Positions 11,190 through 24,700 are shown, numbered from the whole stretch's first letter. The stretch: DNA of 58,664 nucleotides, filler included, from Sphacelaria rigidula (GCA_964200075.2; 10 parts of 10 records of this genome joined end to end with filler, not necessarily neighbours in it); one strand, 5' to 3'. Numbers and translations: made by a program. Notes: generated by a model not told the origin, from the sequence alone.

Positions 11190-12944
11190 GTGAGTCCCGC
11201 GCATTGTGCTTCACACGAAATGCTGCAACGACTATTAAGTATTAGAGAAGTTTACAGCTGAAACAGACACCGCCAGATAGCAAACAAAGCACGCCCTACC
11301 GATAGCGCCGAAGCAACATTACTCCATATTTCCAGGTCGAGTTACAGCCAAGCACACAGCTGAGCACAATACTGGCGTGCCTCCGTGAATTGGCGCATCT
11401 CTCAGGAATTTGACAAGTTTTCCGTTCCGCATATCAACTGGTATTTCCTTTTAAAAAAACGAGCACGCTCCAAAACTCGTTGCAATGCTCCTTCTCTTTA
11501 TGTACGCAACCTCGACACTCTTACACGTTTTATCCAACACGTGCGCTTAAGCATATATGCCCCTCCCCCCCCTATGGTGAGACAGCCATGAGGGAGTGTG
11601 TAAGCTGTGACTGTCTCTGGAAGTGGCGATACCAGATAATAAAGCAACTCATTGNNNNNNNNNNNNNNNNNNNNNNNNNNNNNNNNNNNNNNNNNNNNTT
11701 AATTAATTAANNNNNNNNNNNNNNNNNNNNNNNNNNNNNNNNNNNNNNNNNNNNCCAAGATATAGAGTTTTTCCCGCCAGGTGCCTCAAGCGTATCTTAA
11801 TTGGTACATTTCTCTCTATCGTATTAACCGTCCAATCAACGGGAAGGTGCCCATCTGCCCAAAACTCTGGGCCAATATTCTCTTGATCAAACCCCATGTC
11901 TAGTAATTGCTTCACCGTACGGAGATAGATTCCACACTAGAATCAATATAAAACCCCGATCGATACATTCAGCGGATGATGACAATTCTTGGTATGGACC
12001 TTCCTTGGAGCACGGAGAGGCGATATATACCCTCACATTCACCTTATTCGTAATATATCTCGAGATATGGCGCACATAAATTTCTATACTCAAGTCAATA
12101 TCTAACGTGCAGAGGCACTATATGCCCCAAATCTAGATATCGCGTCTCAGTTTTTGAGAGTTGTACTATGAAATTTCGTACGGAGAACCGCTAGTGAGTG
12201 ATGAAATACAAAAAGAAACAGCTTTCATACAAATCCCCTTTGTTTCGTTTTTTCTTCATTTGTTTCGTGTTTTAGTCGAGGTTTGAGGAGATATGAGCAT
12301 TGCTCTGAGGCCTTTTCTGAAGTTTTTAGCTCAATTTTCAGAGTTGTGATTTGAAACTTACGCATGGACGACCACGGAGATGCGCCGATTCAAAATAAAA
12401 ATGCGACTCCAATTTTTTCATAGAGGTTGGGGCGTTCTCGTGAAAAAATTGTCTCCACCATTCTCGAACGCCCTAAACCAGTGAAAAAGATGAACTCAAC
12501 CTAATCCACTAGTTGTATTAATTATGCCCTAGCGAGGGCCCGCACATAATTTCAATACACAAAAACCGAACGTGTGCCGGTAAGTGGCCTGCGAAATACT
12601 GTTCTCAAATTCTATCGACCCGGCTTTTAAAAGGCCAATGCGCGGGCCAACATCAATATTGAGAGTTGGAGCGTAAAATTTAGCACGGACAATGCGTAGG
12701 GCATAAAAAAAATATTACAAAAGCATCAAAAGTTTTTTTTCTCGAGTCAAGGATAATAATCAGTTTCCAGGTATCAGTAAAATGCCCTCGACTCATGAAA
12801 ACTCTTGGTCCTTTCGTAAAAAGAAATGCTTTATGCATTGTCCATACCATATTTTACCCTCCAACTCTCAATATTGGCCGCGCATTCGCCTGCAAACCAT
12901 AAATCCATTCTTGGCCCGGCTCTGCTCGTATGCATCTGTGATGT

Positions 12945-13330
12945 CTTCGAAACGTACGACACGTCACGTCACACCGTTGCTACGTGACGTTTGTGACGTG
13001 TAACATTAAGTACCCTGATTTTGATGGCGTATGCATTCTTCTTGAACCCATGTATCATCATACCATATATGTTTGTATGTACATGTACGTGCCCACGAAT
13101 CTCACACTAACTGTGGTACAAGTTAAGCGTATGACGTTTGTGACGTTCATTCAGATGTCACAAACATGTAACGTGTAAAATACTTTACACGTCATAAGAA
13201 ACGTTTCGAAATATGTTGATGTGATGCCTCAATAAAACGTCATGTCATGCCATATTCATCACGTCTCGAAAATGATACGTCACGTCACGTCACACCGTTA
13301 TGACGTGACGTTTGTAATGTGTAACGAACG
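12945..13330. repeat. GTCAC/GTGAC-rich repeat with a duplicated ~60-bp block, probably a transposon subterminal region
   Basis: acgtcacgtcacaccgtt...cgtgacgtttgt...gtgtaac at ~12960-13003 and ~13282-13325, with further gtgacg/cgtca motifs between. Confidence 0.55.
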
Positions 13331-13584
13331 TGTGACATGTAGCGTGAAGAGCCCCGAGAAAATGTCGTCCGCAATTTTCAGCATCCCGTGTTGGCTGTCT
13401 GATGATGACGAGAAACGGTGGACGAGACCCACACCCGGGACTGGCGTTACCTGCAACCAAACCATGACGGTTACCCTCCATGCATCGAAGCTTTAAGTAA
13501 GCACGAGTAGGGCTCTCATTCAGCGTGTCGAAGTGCTATTAGTAGGCTGTACTATAATTGTCGCCGCATTTTTCGTAGTTCTGT

Positions 13585-14035
13585 AAATAACAGCCGATCA
13601 TCGAAGTTGAGGATGGAACTTTTAATTGAGGATGATAACCCGGAAGATTTGAATCTTCGCATCCACGCCAATTCTTCGAGATATGGTTCCATTCCTTCAT
13701 CTTCTGTTAGCTGTTGACAACTATTGTACACCTTAAAAAATTGAATTCCGATGAGCGGCACTTGGGGGTCCCAGGTGAAGAAATAATTCTTCGGAATTCA
13801 GGCGATCCGGCCGGATCACTTGAATTCTCAATGTTTCCTGTTTCACCACCTAGGACCCCCGGATTTCGCTTATCGGAATCCTATTTTATGGCGTCTAGTC
13901 GTCTAGATTTGTCAATAATACCAGCAGATAAAAGAATGGAACCATATCTCGAAGAGTTGGTGTGGATGCGAAGATTTGAATTTCCGAGTCATCATTCTTA
14001 ATGAAAAGCTCAATTTCGACCATAGGCTGTTGAAT
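13585..14035. mobile_element. Foldback MITE, second copy of the 4597-5057 family
   Basis: Left end aacagccgatcatcgaagttgag and right end ctcaatttcgaccataggctgtt are inverted. Internal inverted pair gggggtcccaggtgaa / ttcaccacctaggacccc. Confidence 0.75.
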
Positions 14036-14916
14036 TTCAAACCCGTACGATCGGGCGCACTGTTGCGCGAGTTCTAAGGAGATCTTTTGCCGGTGCAGTA
14101 GACCTAGAGTTTTGGTCGTATATCTATGGTTGACGACATGACTACTTGATTTCAGACTTGAGAACTTTTTGAGGAGCTTCGTGGTTTGGGACAGGTGAAC
14201 AGCGGACCCAGCTTGTCCAGAACGCGTTTTTGTCGGGTCTGGCAACGCACACCCTGCCTGGTGGAATCCATGCACCCCCCTTGCCCGAGGGTCTCGTACG
14301 CCTTCGGTCGGGCTTAGGGTTTGCGTTTGCGTTATTGGTCGACAGCTGAAGTCTTGTAAGTTTATACGAGGTATCGCGGCCTCGATGTTGGTGTGCAGTT
14401 CCGCCAGAAACGTTCATCCAAATCGACTCGTTCGTTCTTCTGGCGTTTCCCCCTCTCTTCCATACTCTTGCGGAAGTTCCTTCGGGGTAGGGGCAAAAAA
14501 GCACAGCTGCTTTTTGGTTCTTGGCTTTCCCTTCCACAGCGTGTGCGCCCATCGGACTGAACACATCTTCACAAAATTCCAAGCATCAACGCAAAAAAAC
14601 GGTGGAACAAGAAAAAAAACGATATGGCATTCAATCTACTCAACAGAGGGGGCATGCACCACACCAAGCTGCAACAGAGTAATGTGTCGAACAACAGAAA
14701 TTTGTTCTTGAACGCCGCAAAATCCCCCTCAAACTATTGTGCGCCCCAAAAATATCGGAACGCAAACCCTCACCCTTTCAATAACCGAACCTTGTCCTTG
14801 AACCTGAAAACGCCCATGTACGGTGAAGACTGTTCCAAATCAGGAGAGTATTTTGAAACCTGCCATATGATTGAAGGATGCCCTCGGAACATCAGGTACA
14901 CGGAGCCTCTCTAGAA

Positions 14917-15933
14917 TCAAAGGTTTTCCTTGAAAAAGTTCTGAAACATGCCGATAGCCTCGCTTGCTCTCGCTGCCTGCTCCGGAACAGACCAGTCTCC
15001 CCTGTTGCAACGAGGACACGGAATGCGGCAGAGGTACAACGAAACGAATACAAAAATCAGGAATTATGACGAAAGGATGGGAACATCGTTTTGCGGCCGT
15101 GGGCACCGAGGTAACAGCTGCGGAACGTCGGCTATGGACTTTGACGCGGGTTCACCTGGCTGCGCAAAACCCGTGGTGCATGTCGTCGAAGCGGTGGTAA
15201 CGGCACTTGTCTCCGAAGTCTTTGGTGTCCAGAACTTCCTTCAATGGAGCGTGGTCGGGGTCATCTTTCGAGGGCATGATGAGCATCGGCACTTTCACCT
15301 GCTCACACCGTAGAGTTGGCGATGTATCACAAGCATACATACAAACTCGGTTTGACACTCCACCAACTGAAGCCCCACCCCTTGAGTTGGTCGTATTCCA
15401 TAGTCAGCGAACACGAGTGAGGCTACCATAGGTCAGACTCTGAAGCGGTATCCTGGCTATCTTCAACAACCCTTCCCTCCCCTAGAGGGGCGTCCAGGCT
15501 CCTCGGCATTGCCACACATGACGCCCTTTCTAAGCAACTGAGACTACGGCCAGAAGCTCACCACGGGGTAACGAACCTCACAGTTTGGGGGAGGGCGAAA
15601 AAACGCCCGTGGAATGCGTGCATCATCGCGCTCAAGAAGCGCCTACATCGCGCAAATTAGTACACCGAAAGAATCAACAGTATACAACAACCCACCTCGT
15701 CGGCCAGCTCTGGGGAGAGCATCGCAGGGTGAACACACCCCGTGGCAGCGATCCCGCTCTCGGGGCCCATGGACGCCGCCTGCATGGCCATCTTGCCGCC
15801 CCAGCAGAATCCAGCGACCCCAAATATCTCTGACCCCTTGTTAGATTTCATCCAAGACATGATAGATGTCATGATGGGGAGTGTTACCGTGGTCCAGTCA
15901 CCTGCTGAACCGACCCACGCCTTGAATTCGTCC
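14917..15933 (-). CDS. Dienelactone hydrolase family (alpha/beta hydrolase) protein, last three exons (5'-partial)
   Basis: Exons 15933-15696, 15298-15156 and 15001-14917 are GT-AG, phase-compatible and end in TGA. They carry the nucleophile motif GVAGFCWGG, HPAML, PMLIMPSKDD (acid) and MHHGFCAARGDW (catalytic His); the C-terminus is ...AIGMFQNFFKENL*. Confidence 0.93.
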
Positions 15934-17862
15934 CTGAAATGCGCATGCGTATGCAGGAGAGCGAACGACAACAACAGTCACTTGGCAAATCCATCACATA
16001 CTCTCCGGGAATCGATATAGTATAGCCTACTGACGAGTTATGAAGGGCACCTCAACAGCTCGCCTATGTTTGATGTGAGGCTTTTGTGCCAGTTCGCTTG
16101 TCGAACAAGATGTACCGAATCATTGGCACAAGAACATTCGTGATTCCCACGCAATTCGTACGACGAATCACAACCTAAAAACAACCAGAATGAGACCTCC
16201 CTGGTCGTTCGGAGCTGCGGTTCGAAGACGGCTGAACCATGCACGATTCTCTATAACATCGAAGTCGGGGGGTCGGATATGCGGTTATTCATAGTTCTCG
16301 TGAAACCGGATCAATAACTTCACGGGGTAACAACTGGTAATCGCTTGTTTCTCTGACGTCACTTGAATGAACAGAAACTAGGGTGCGTCGAGCATCAACA
16401 GCAGAACAGGGTCTCGTGTACAGCGAGATTGAAATACCTAGACGCAAATTCATTCGTGTTTTACCTCTTGTGCTTCGGACGACGAGCATAACGCATCATC
16501 TGCATTTGGGTAGATGATGGCAGTGGGCTGTATCGTGCGCACAGCATGATACGCGGTATACGCTTCACCCGAGACACGAAAGATCTGTCTCACTGCAGAT
16601 ATGCGCAACGATAGCATCCACTGGCGATCAATACTGAGGCTTTTGCATCTCGCTATGCGAGTGAGATGCTGACAACGAAAGACACTCGAAATTTTCACAC
16701 GCTCACTGGCACGCATACGGTTAGCCGTTAAATACAGTATCGCTCCTTGCCGAGAGTAGTTGGTCGTTCTCACGGAATATTGCTGCAGAACTCAGACAGA
16801 GGGCGTGGAATTTTGTGTTTTGCCAGTGACACACATCGGGAAAATATGTGTTGATTAGAGTCGATTTCGAACGTTTCGATATCTTTGGCGCGTCATCATG
16901 TGTGACTGCCGACGTATAGGCACTGTGCCGTGTGGGGCGCTCTCACTGCCCTTATTCCTGTGGCGACTCGCCACTTGTTGACAACAGCGTCGTGTTCCTT
17001 GGCTACGGAAACCCTCGCGGGCCGAGCCGGGAGCTTGTGGATAGCGATGCTACGATCAATGTTCAAGTGAACGCTTGCTGAGCATTGCATTCAATGACAC
17101 CCTGGACAACAGATTACGTTGTTCAAAAGTATACTACGTTCAGTATGAGTCATAGCGTCTAGTGCAATAGGCAATATATTCCATACTGTACGCAGTACAC
17201 TTTTTGGCGATATAATTCTTTGTCGAGGGTGTACTTTCAGTACGAAAAATATCACCATGGAGTATTTGATGTGGGAAGGATTTTTAGTGCGTGGTTTTGC
17301 TCCATGTCGAGGACATCTCTCTTTTTGAGACGTACCCCCGGAAACATGAAAACATGCCGTTGTCGCACGATCATGACATCTGCCTGGGTGGAGGGATGGA
17401 TACAACGGCAGCAGCGGTGGCGGCGGGGCGGGGCGTGGAGGGAATGATGGCGACGGAGGGGTAGCGGTGGGACGAGGGGGGGTGTACTCATGATCATGCT
17501 TGCCATAGTCATCAGACCATTGACCTTGCATNNNNNNNNNNNNNNNNNNNNNNNNNNNNNNNNNNNNNNNNNNNNTTAATTAATTAANNNNNNNNNNNNN
17601 NNNNNNNNNNNNNNNNNNNNNNNNNNNNNNNGGATGCGAGGTCAATGATCTGACGACTATGGCATGCATGATCATGAGTACACCCCTTGTTTCTCAATGG
17701 GGAGCGGTCAGCCCAGTCGAAGACGTAACCTGGCGTGTAGGTCTTCAAATTTGACAATGCCCATTCCAAGCTCTGTGTCCGCCTGGAGGGTTGTTTTCGT
17801 GCATCCAACTGTGCCTGTCTTCGTCACCCCCTCACTTGTGTCGTTCCACCGTGTGTAATGAG

Positions 17863-18257
17863 TAGGGTCTTCCCCGCTGGCGCTTAATTTGCCGGTTCAA
17901 AACAGAGTTGTAACGCCATACGACGGTAATTTTCGTTGGTAAACGGTTTTCCTTTGTTTTTTACGGTACCACCGTTGGCGGAGATAGTAAGAAAGAAGCA
18001 CAAGTGAGCGACCATTTTTCGGTGGTATCACAACATGGCGGTAGTTTTCCCGCGGCAACCGTTTTTGTCATTGTTCTGACGGTAACGTGAGCGGTGAACC
18101 CAAACATGGCAATTATTCGGCGGTCAACGGTTTTCCACCTTTTGGCGGTAAAATATACGGCATCTCAGAATTTGGTGGTTTTGTCTCGACTGTGCACGAG
18201 TGTGCACGTTATCGGTAATGGGGCGGTATCCTTTTTTCTCCCCGACGGTAAACCTTG
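17863..18257. mobile_element. Degenerate MITE-like element with many (a/g)cggt(a) motifs
   Basis: Repeated acggtaa/ggcggta motifs between weakly inverted ends tagggtct / aaaccttg; boundaries approximate. Confidence 0.4.
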
Positions 18258-19719
18258 GAATTGAAATGTAACCCCCCAGCGTTTGATACAGCGTCTTTGC
18301 GCCCAAATGCGAGGCAACACCGAAAAACACAACCGCAGTCATTGTGTTTCAGATTCAGTTGCAGCCTTTGTGAAAAAAAGCTACGCGAAGGACGAAATAG
18401 TGTCAAGGTTTTACTTCAGGGTACCGTGCAAAATATGCAAGGTATATGCCGAAGATGACTGACAGACGATTAGGGTCGGCGCTCGTTGCAATCGGTAATC
18501 GTGTACGTGGTCACCCCACAAAAAAAATGAAGGGAAAATCTTCCAAAGCAAAAATAACAAAGTATGGAAGAAAAAAAAAGACGACAAAAATTTGTAGAAA
18601 ATAGATTGAATAAGAGGAGAATGAGAGCACAATGGATATTACTCGGGCACGAACCTCTGTTCTTACATCTGTTGGCCGATGTCTCGCCTCCGGTGCCACT
18701 CGAACAGTGTAGGTGTACGGAAATGGTACCTGGAGTATATGGTGATTCTGTAGATGGTTCATGTATACAAGTTTGCCACTTTTCATTTATGCAGCGTGAG
18801 TCACACGTGCATGTTCCCCACTTCATGTTCATATGATATCAATCATGAAAACATGTTGTTTCCCACCTATTATTTGATGGGGCGCGACTCTTCGTTGGCA
18901 CGGACTTCTTGCAGGTGGGGTAGGCAAGTACAGTCTTACGCGAAAAAAAGAAGCAAGTCAACTGCCAAGATTCCCGCATACAAAAATCATACACACGTCA
19001 TGTATCTTTCGACGGTTTAGTACTGTATTTTCCGTACAAATCAAGGGTTATTTCGCTTGTGGATTTCTCCGCCGTGTCTGTACTAACAAGCCTGAAACTT
19101 GACACAGAGATACACCACAACACAGACAGCATATTCCCGGAGCGGCGGCACGTTTTACGTGGTGCGCTAGACGCACGAAGCAAAATACGGATTTTGGGCA
19201 ATGCCATCGATACGCCCTAAAACGCCGTCCCCTCGGCCCAGACTGCGTGAGACGTCAGTGGATGCATATGTTGACACGCAAATACGCTCACTTCCTGCTG
19301 AGTGGCTCCTGCCCAGGCAAACGAACACATCGATCCGTATTGCGCACACTCTGGATGATGTCATTCTACGCGGTACCTATCTTGGTATCCCCTGTAGAGG
19401 TGCTCACTTCAGGAGACACGGCCGTGCAAGCGCTGTCAGTGCTTTCACGTGCTGAAACTTCGACCACGTGTCATGTAGACTACAGACAACAACCCCATCT
19501 TCCTGAATATGGGGTTGCGCGGTGTGAGCGTGCATGTTGGGGCGAGAAGATTTTGGTTTCTGTTCCGATTTTTATTTTTTTGGCGTAAGACTAAGAGCGT
19601 ACAGGTCGCGAACACCTCAAGAACCGAATCCGCAATGACCTTTTTAATTTCAAATTTAGTAGTCACATGAAACACATCAACTATAGCACAACACACGCGT
19701 CCATGTGCCCGGGGGGGGT

Positions 19720-20235
19720 TATGTAGTCAGTTTTCTCCTCTGAGCTATGCTTTTGACAGCCCTTGTGGTTTTATGTTGTCTTCTGTGGTACAGTTGACCT
19801 GAACATACTGTATACTTTACCACGAACACTTGCGAAAAAGACAGCAACAGCACGAGTCGTCCTCGCATGCTCGGGGGAGTTCTCCCGAAAACTCCGACAG
19901 CGTACACTACAGTCCGCGGACAGCACGGTACAGCATGACACAGCACGCATCTGCGCGCTCAGAGTGATTCTTCTAGCTGTTTATTTCCCGAGCTCAGCTA
20001 TTGACGGCCTTTCTGCTTTTCATGTTTTGTTCTGCGGTACAGTTGACCTGGATATATAAAACAGTACAAAGACAGCTCCAGACAGCACCAGTACTGCAAG
20101 AGTCGTCCCCGCATGTTCACATGAGTTTTGGGAAACACTCCGGCACCGCCCACTGCAGTTGGTGAGCAGTACAGTACAGCAAAGCACGGCACATCACAGC
20201 ACAGCATAGTCTGTGCAATCTGTACAGCGGACAAA
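19720..20235. repeat. Diverged tandem duplication of a ~260-270-bp unit
   Basis: tgagct..ttgac(a/g)gcc..tctg(t/c)ggtacagttgacctg..gagtcgtcc..gcatg..actccg..cagcacg occurs twice, from ~19740 and ~19990. Confidence 0.65.
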
Positions 20236-20267
20236 ATCAGCAGCAGTACGAAACTTTCCATTCATAC

Positions 20268-20730
20268 GGCGCATGAATCACATGGTTTCCGTACATGCTT
20301 TTCACCTTGCGTTCGTGAGCATGAATCATAGATGCATGTTTCCCACCTTTCATTCATACGAGGTGAATCATAGGTACATTGTTCCCGATTTCCGCTCATG
20401 CAGCATGAATCACTCGTACATGTGCTTCGCCTTCCATCCATACGAGGTGAATCAAGCGTACATGTTTCCCGATATCTGTTCGTACAGCATGATATGTACA
20501 TGCTCCCCACCTTCCATGCATAAGAGATTAATCAAGTCAAGCATACATGTTTCCCACCCAAGATTCATACTGGTACATGAATTGTGATTCGCACATATTG
20601 AACTCTTGATTCGTCTGATACTACTTGGAGTGTACACATTACCAGTTCGTGATTCATACCGGATGACTCGTGTGGTTCATGACTCGCATTCAACATTCAC
20701 GGGGAGTCAACCCGTGTGAACTTTGATTCG
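20268..20730. repeat. Motif-rich repeat (catgaatca / aggtgaatca / catgtttccc), probable MITE
   Basis: The motifs recur at short intervals and appear inverted (tgattc) toward the right end. A related fragment lies at ~18800-18870. Confidence 0.55.
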
Positions 20731-20942
20731 TCCGAACCGCGAAATGTTTTATTCAACCCTTCGTGTGTTGCACGGTGCTCGTCGCTTTTTGGGAGCGGTG
20801 TAAAAACGCGCCCTGTTATTTTTCTTCGTTTCTGTGAAAATCCTTCAGTCCAGTTTAAATAATCGTTTAGTTTAAGGGGTGTTTCCGCTCAGGAGCAAAT
20901 GCGATCGACAACGTGGTCGTTTCGGTCTTGTACTCCAACCAG

Positions 20943-22041
20943 GAATACACTGGGACGCTGATGGATCTATGCCAGACTCGAAGGGGAGTGCTCCAGGACA
21001 TGAAATTTGTGACGCCCACGAGAGGAAGCATCATCTACGAAATTCCTCTAGCAGAGGTGAGATAAACGGGGGGTCGTAAAGAAATGGCTGCGAGATGAAA
21101 AAAAAAAACTCGGATATCAAGACAGCGCAAATTAAAGAGGAGAACGTCCTGAAAGCTCGCTCTGGACGGACCTCTTTGAGGTCTATTTGGTAATCCACCC
21201 TGTCTCCTTGATTCGTCTTGGACTTGAGTTGAGTACTGCGCAATAATCGAGACAGCGGTTGTATGGAAGACTTAGCGTATCGTCGATGGTGTTTTCTCGA
21301 AGTCATGCGATCAGTCCGCCTCTTCTGTCCAGGGCATACGGTTAGTTCATACATCCTTCCACACAAGCTATATCCCTGTTCGAAATCGTTGTTCGTTGAC
21401 TGCGCACGGGTATGGAACAAAAGCCCTTCCCTTCACCTCCAATGTCGACTCAACTTCCGCCGTCGTCGAAGGTGATCACGGACTTTTTCGATCAAGTCAA
21501 ATCGCGTAGCAAGGGCTACGCCTCCATGGAGTACCAAATATTGGAGTGGCGAGACGAGAATCTGGTTCGGCTTGACGTGAAGATCAATGGGGAAGATGCC
21601 CCTCCCTTGTCCACGATTTGCCACAAAGATCAGGCCTACGCGCGAGGGAAAGGTACGGTTTGTAGACCCGTCCCGTATCTCTGTTCACCCGCACTTTTTT
21701 TTTTTTCTCTATACGCGGGTGCGTGAAGCTGGAGCCACGTCGAAGCCCCGATGTTGTTATCTGATGCTTTTTAGTTTCCTTTTTGTGCTGTGTTTGTGTT
21801 GCTGCTGTCACGTGTTCTGTTCGTTTGTCTTGTGTTGCGGTGCTGCCATGCCAGGAATTAAACATGTTGGAATATACAGGCCGACTCTATTATTTCCCTC
21901 ATTGTCGTACGCCTGTCCCACCCCTAACCCTTGCATATCGTTATTTTATATTCAACCGCATCAGTGTTGGCCGACAAGCTCAAGCAACTCATTCCAAGAC
22001 AGATGTTCCGAGTACCGATCCAAGCCTGCATAGGTGTCAAG
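20943..22041 (+). CDS. lepA: Translation factor LepA/GUF1 (EF-4), plastid/cyanobacterial type; internal exons, partial
   Basis: Exons 20943-21056, 21472-21652 and 21965-22041 splice in frame to [15 protein letters not shown]...[28 protein letters not shown]...[32 protein letters not shown], diagnostic of LepA domain V and the C-terminal domain. The plastid assignment is an inference from the TDFFDQ..SRS.GYASMEY signature. Confidence 0.95.
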
Positions 22042-22084
22042 GTGAGCGGAACATGATGATTCAACCAGGCTGGCTGACCGCGGT

Positions 22085-22418
22085 GCCCCGGTGGTGTATA
22101 ATGGTACAACTGACACCGTCGGGGCGGGGAAGATGTGGGTTCGATCCCCCCCAGGTGCGCCTAGTTTGGCTTCATTCTTGAACACATCTGATCGCCATCA
22201 TGGGAAGTGCGAGGGCGTGAGCAGCAAAATAGAGTATGGTTATGTTTAGATGAGTTTGTCCGACAGCAGCCTACGGGGTGCGGGAGTGCTGATCAAATTC
22301 GCGATACCTGAATGTAAGTAAGGCGTGTATCGAGGGAGGGATGAGTTGATCCCTTGAGACCGCGGGCTCGCCCCGAGGAAGGGGAGGAGTTAAACGCGAG
22401 AAAAAGAAAAAGAAAAGA
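22085..22418 (+). mobile_element. tRNA-derived SINE, family 2, apparently full length, in a lepA intron
   Basis: A-box-like TGGTGTATAATGG at 22092, B-box GGTTCGATCCC at 22138-22148, 3' end cttgagaccgcgggctcgccccgaggaagggg and a (GAAAAA)n tail. Partial copies at ~22560-22680(+), 41137-41310(+), 41930-42045(-), 54505-54735(-) and 55328-55440(-). Confidence 0.8.
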
Positions 22419-23286
22419 GTACGTTATGTAGTAGTCGCCGCACCCCGGTAGGTCCAATCGGCACTTCGAGAGCGCTTAGATCGGAATTGGGGATTGAAAC
22501 CTCGGTAGATAAAAAAAAAAACTAGGCATATTTTCCTCGGAAGTATTTTGTTTCCGTGGTTGATGACAGGAGGGCGTGAGTAGCAAGAATGTTCGCGATA
22601 CCAAAATATTGGGCATGCACCGGGGGAAAGGGTGGGTTGATCCCGTTGAAGCTACCGACTCGTCCCGAGCAAGGGAAAGCAAGTAGGACGTGCTTCACAG
22701 GGTTCTTCACAGTGTTTGTGAGAACTCCTTTACAACATTTACAAACCCTAGTACCTTTAACAGGATTTTGTATAGCGTTTTTCTCGACACACTGTAAGCA
22801 ACCCTGTGGAGGCACTCCCAATTTGAAGATTCCAAATAATTTGTTTCAAGATCTGTAACACTATTTATATTATTTGGAACAGCTTCTGCTATACAAATCC
22901 CATACACCGGCAACTTTTGAATTTGTACAGCAGGCAACTTTTGAATTTGTACAGCAGAAGCTGCTCGAAATATCCTCACTTTGCCCGCCAATTCATCCAG
23001 AAATTGAGCAAAAAGGGAACGTTTTGCGAACGGCCTCAGCCGTGCAAGTCCCACATAATCTACCGTAATCGGCGTATGAGATTCAAGAGGCACGAGAAAT
23101 TGTTGAAAACTCATCCTCTTGCCCCCCGATGCACATGTCACTCGGAGCAATAAGGGAATTTCCAACAGCATGTGCTGCTTGGAAATCCCATACACTGCGA
23201 GTGTATATCCACACGGCTGTGGTAATGGTGCGACCACGGCATGCACCTTCCTAACCCTACATGAGAGTCCTGCAAACCCCGTAGTC

Positions 23287-23408
23287 CCGTGTGTGTGTGT
23301 GTGTTGTCGTCCCATCTATTCTGGGCGCCAGTCTACCCTTTTTCGGGATATGTGGGCGCATCAGCCGGGGTCACAGAGTAGGAAGGTCAACACAGGAGCT
23401 TTTTTTTT
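23287..23408 (-). mobile_element. SINE family 1, 3' part with (GT)n tail, clipped by the contig end
   Basis: (gt)n-tgtcgtcccatctattctgggcgccagtctac...gtgggcgcatcagccggggtcaca. Confidence 0.8.
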
Positions 23409-23859
23409 NNNNNNNNNNNNNNNNNNNNNNNNNNNNNNNNNNNNNNNNNNNNTTAATTAATTAANNNNNNNNNNNNNNNNNNNNNNNNNNNNNNNNNNNN
23501 NNNNNNNNAAGAGAAGGAAGATACGGGATGGGTGTGATATTATTGGAATTGAAAAACGCGAGACACAGAATTGAGTAGAACGAATGAAAAGAGTGAAGAA
23601 CGCGTAACACCCGAATGTATCACCGACATTTCATTCTGAGGAAAAAAATAAATAGAACCCGGAGTAAAAAATATATTAGTCATTGAAGAGTAGGATATTG
23701 TACAAAAGTTGATAATTTGCTTACGAAAGAGCAAAATCTCTATGTACAACAGTCAGTTAAAATCTGATCCGACAGAGAGTTTCGGAAAATGTTTTTTTTT
23801 TTCATTGTCAGAGTGCAGAGTGGAAGCTTCGAAACCTCACAGTGGACGTTAAAAAATTC

Positions 23860-24700
23860 ATAGCGGAAGCTGATGTGACGTGGTTTGACGTGATTTTGTT
23901 CTGTCACCGTGATTGGCCGCAGGTTGCCCCGCCAAATGTACGATCGATCAGCGCCCACTTCGGAAGTGCGTAGGCCAGCACAACACAAGACTGTACCGTA
24001 CACTGCGGCACCGTACGCACCACACCCTGTACGCTTTTTCAATGCACCTGCAGTACTTCAATCCACTACGGCGCACTACAGGACACTGTAGTGCTGTAGT
24101 GCTTTAGTTCTGAGCAGCGTGGAGTACAGTACAGTACAGAGAGTGCAATACAGAACCCTACAACAGTGCGTTGCGATGCTGTGAACTATTATGCTGTACA
24201 GCGATACCGTACAGAGAGTCAGTTGTACAAACAACAAAAGTACAGACAGCAGACCTCGGCCGCATTGCGATGATTTCTCCACATGCCACCCATAACGGTG
24301 GTGCAAGACGTCATGATCTCTCATAAGATGGGAATACAGCCAGGGGTAGTACTACTTGTGCGCTGTAGACAACGAATTGTTTCCACCGTCTTCTTCCAGC
24401 TGAGGCTGGCAAGAGTGAGGAGCTGCACCCAAGTCAACGTGTACCCGTCGAGCATTTGAATAATCCCGCAACACAACCAAGCGAATGCTGATACCATGGC
24501 GGCGTCAGGGAGGTCTTCTGATTGCGATGCCAAGCTTTTCTACTTCGTGAGTAGCCCATTGTGATGAGTACGGCAATTTTGATGGACGATGAATGTCCCA
24601 CTTTGCTGGTTAGGGTGTAATGACTTTGGACTGGGCGTGACCATGGCGGTGAAGGTGGGCGTGGTTCTTTTTCATTCCGCTATGAGCTCTGAAGAGAACC
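23860..24700 (+). mobile_element. Non-autonomous dispersed element, paralogous to 30262-31170
   Basis: Colinear shared blocks: tagcggaagctgatgtgacgtgg, cgccaaa(a)tgt(a/g)cgatcga, a taccg/tacag-rich middle, taacggtggtgcaag and tgataccatggcggcg(t/g)cagggaggtc. Confidence 0.65.

Noticed and set aside
16460..17035. Upstream exons of the dienelactone hydrolase (AG/GT-bounded segments near 16465-16499 and 16947-17033)
   Set aside because: The translations lack the expected family motifs (e.g. PDFF); the true exons are probably beyond the contig end.
22085..22160. Functional tRNA gene (also 1250-1327, minus strand)
   Set aside because: A and B boxes are present but I could not form convincing acceptor and anticodon stems, and each continues into a multi-copy body and tail, which indicates SINE heads.
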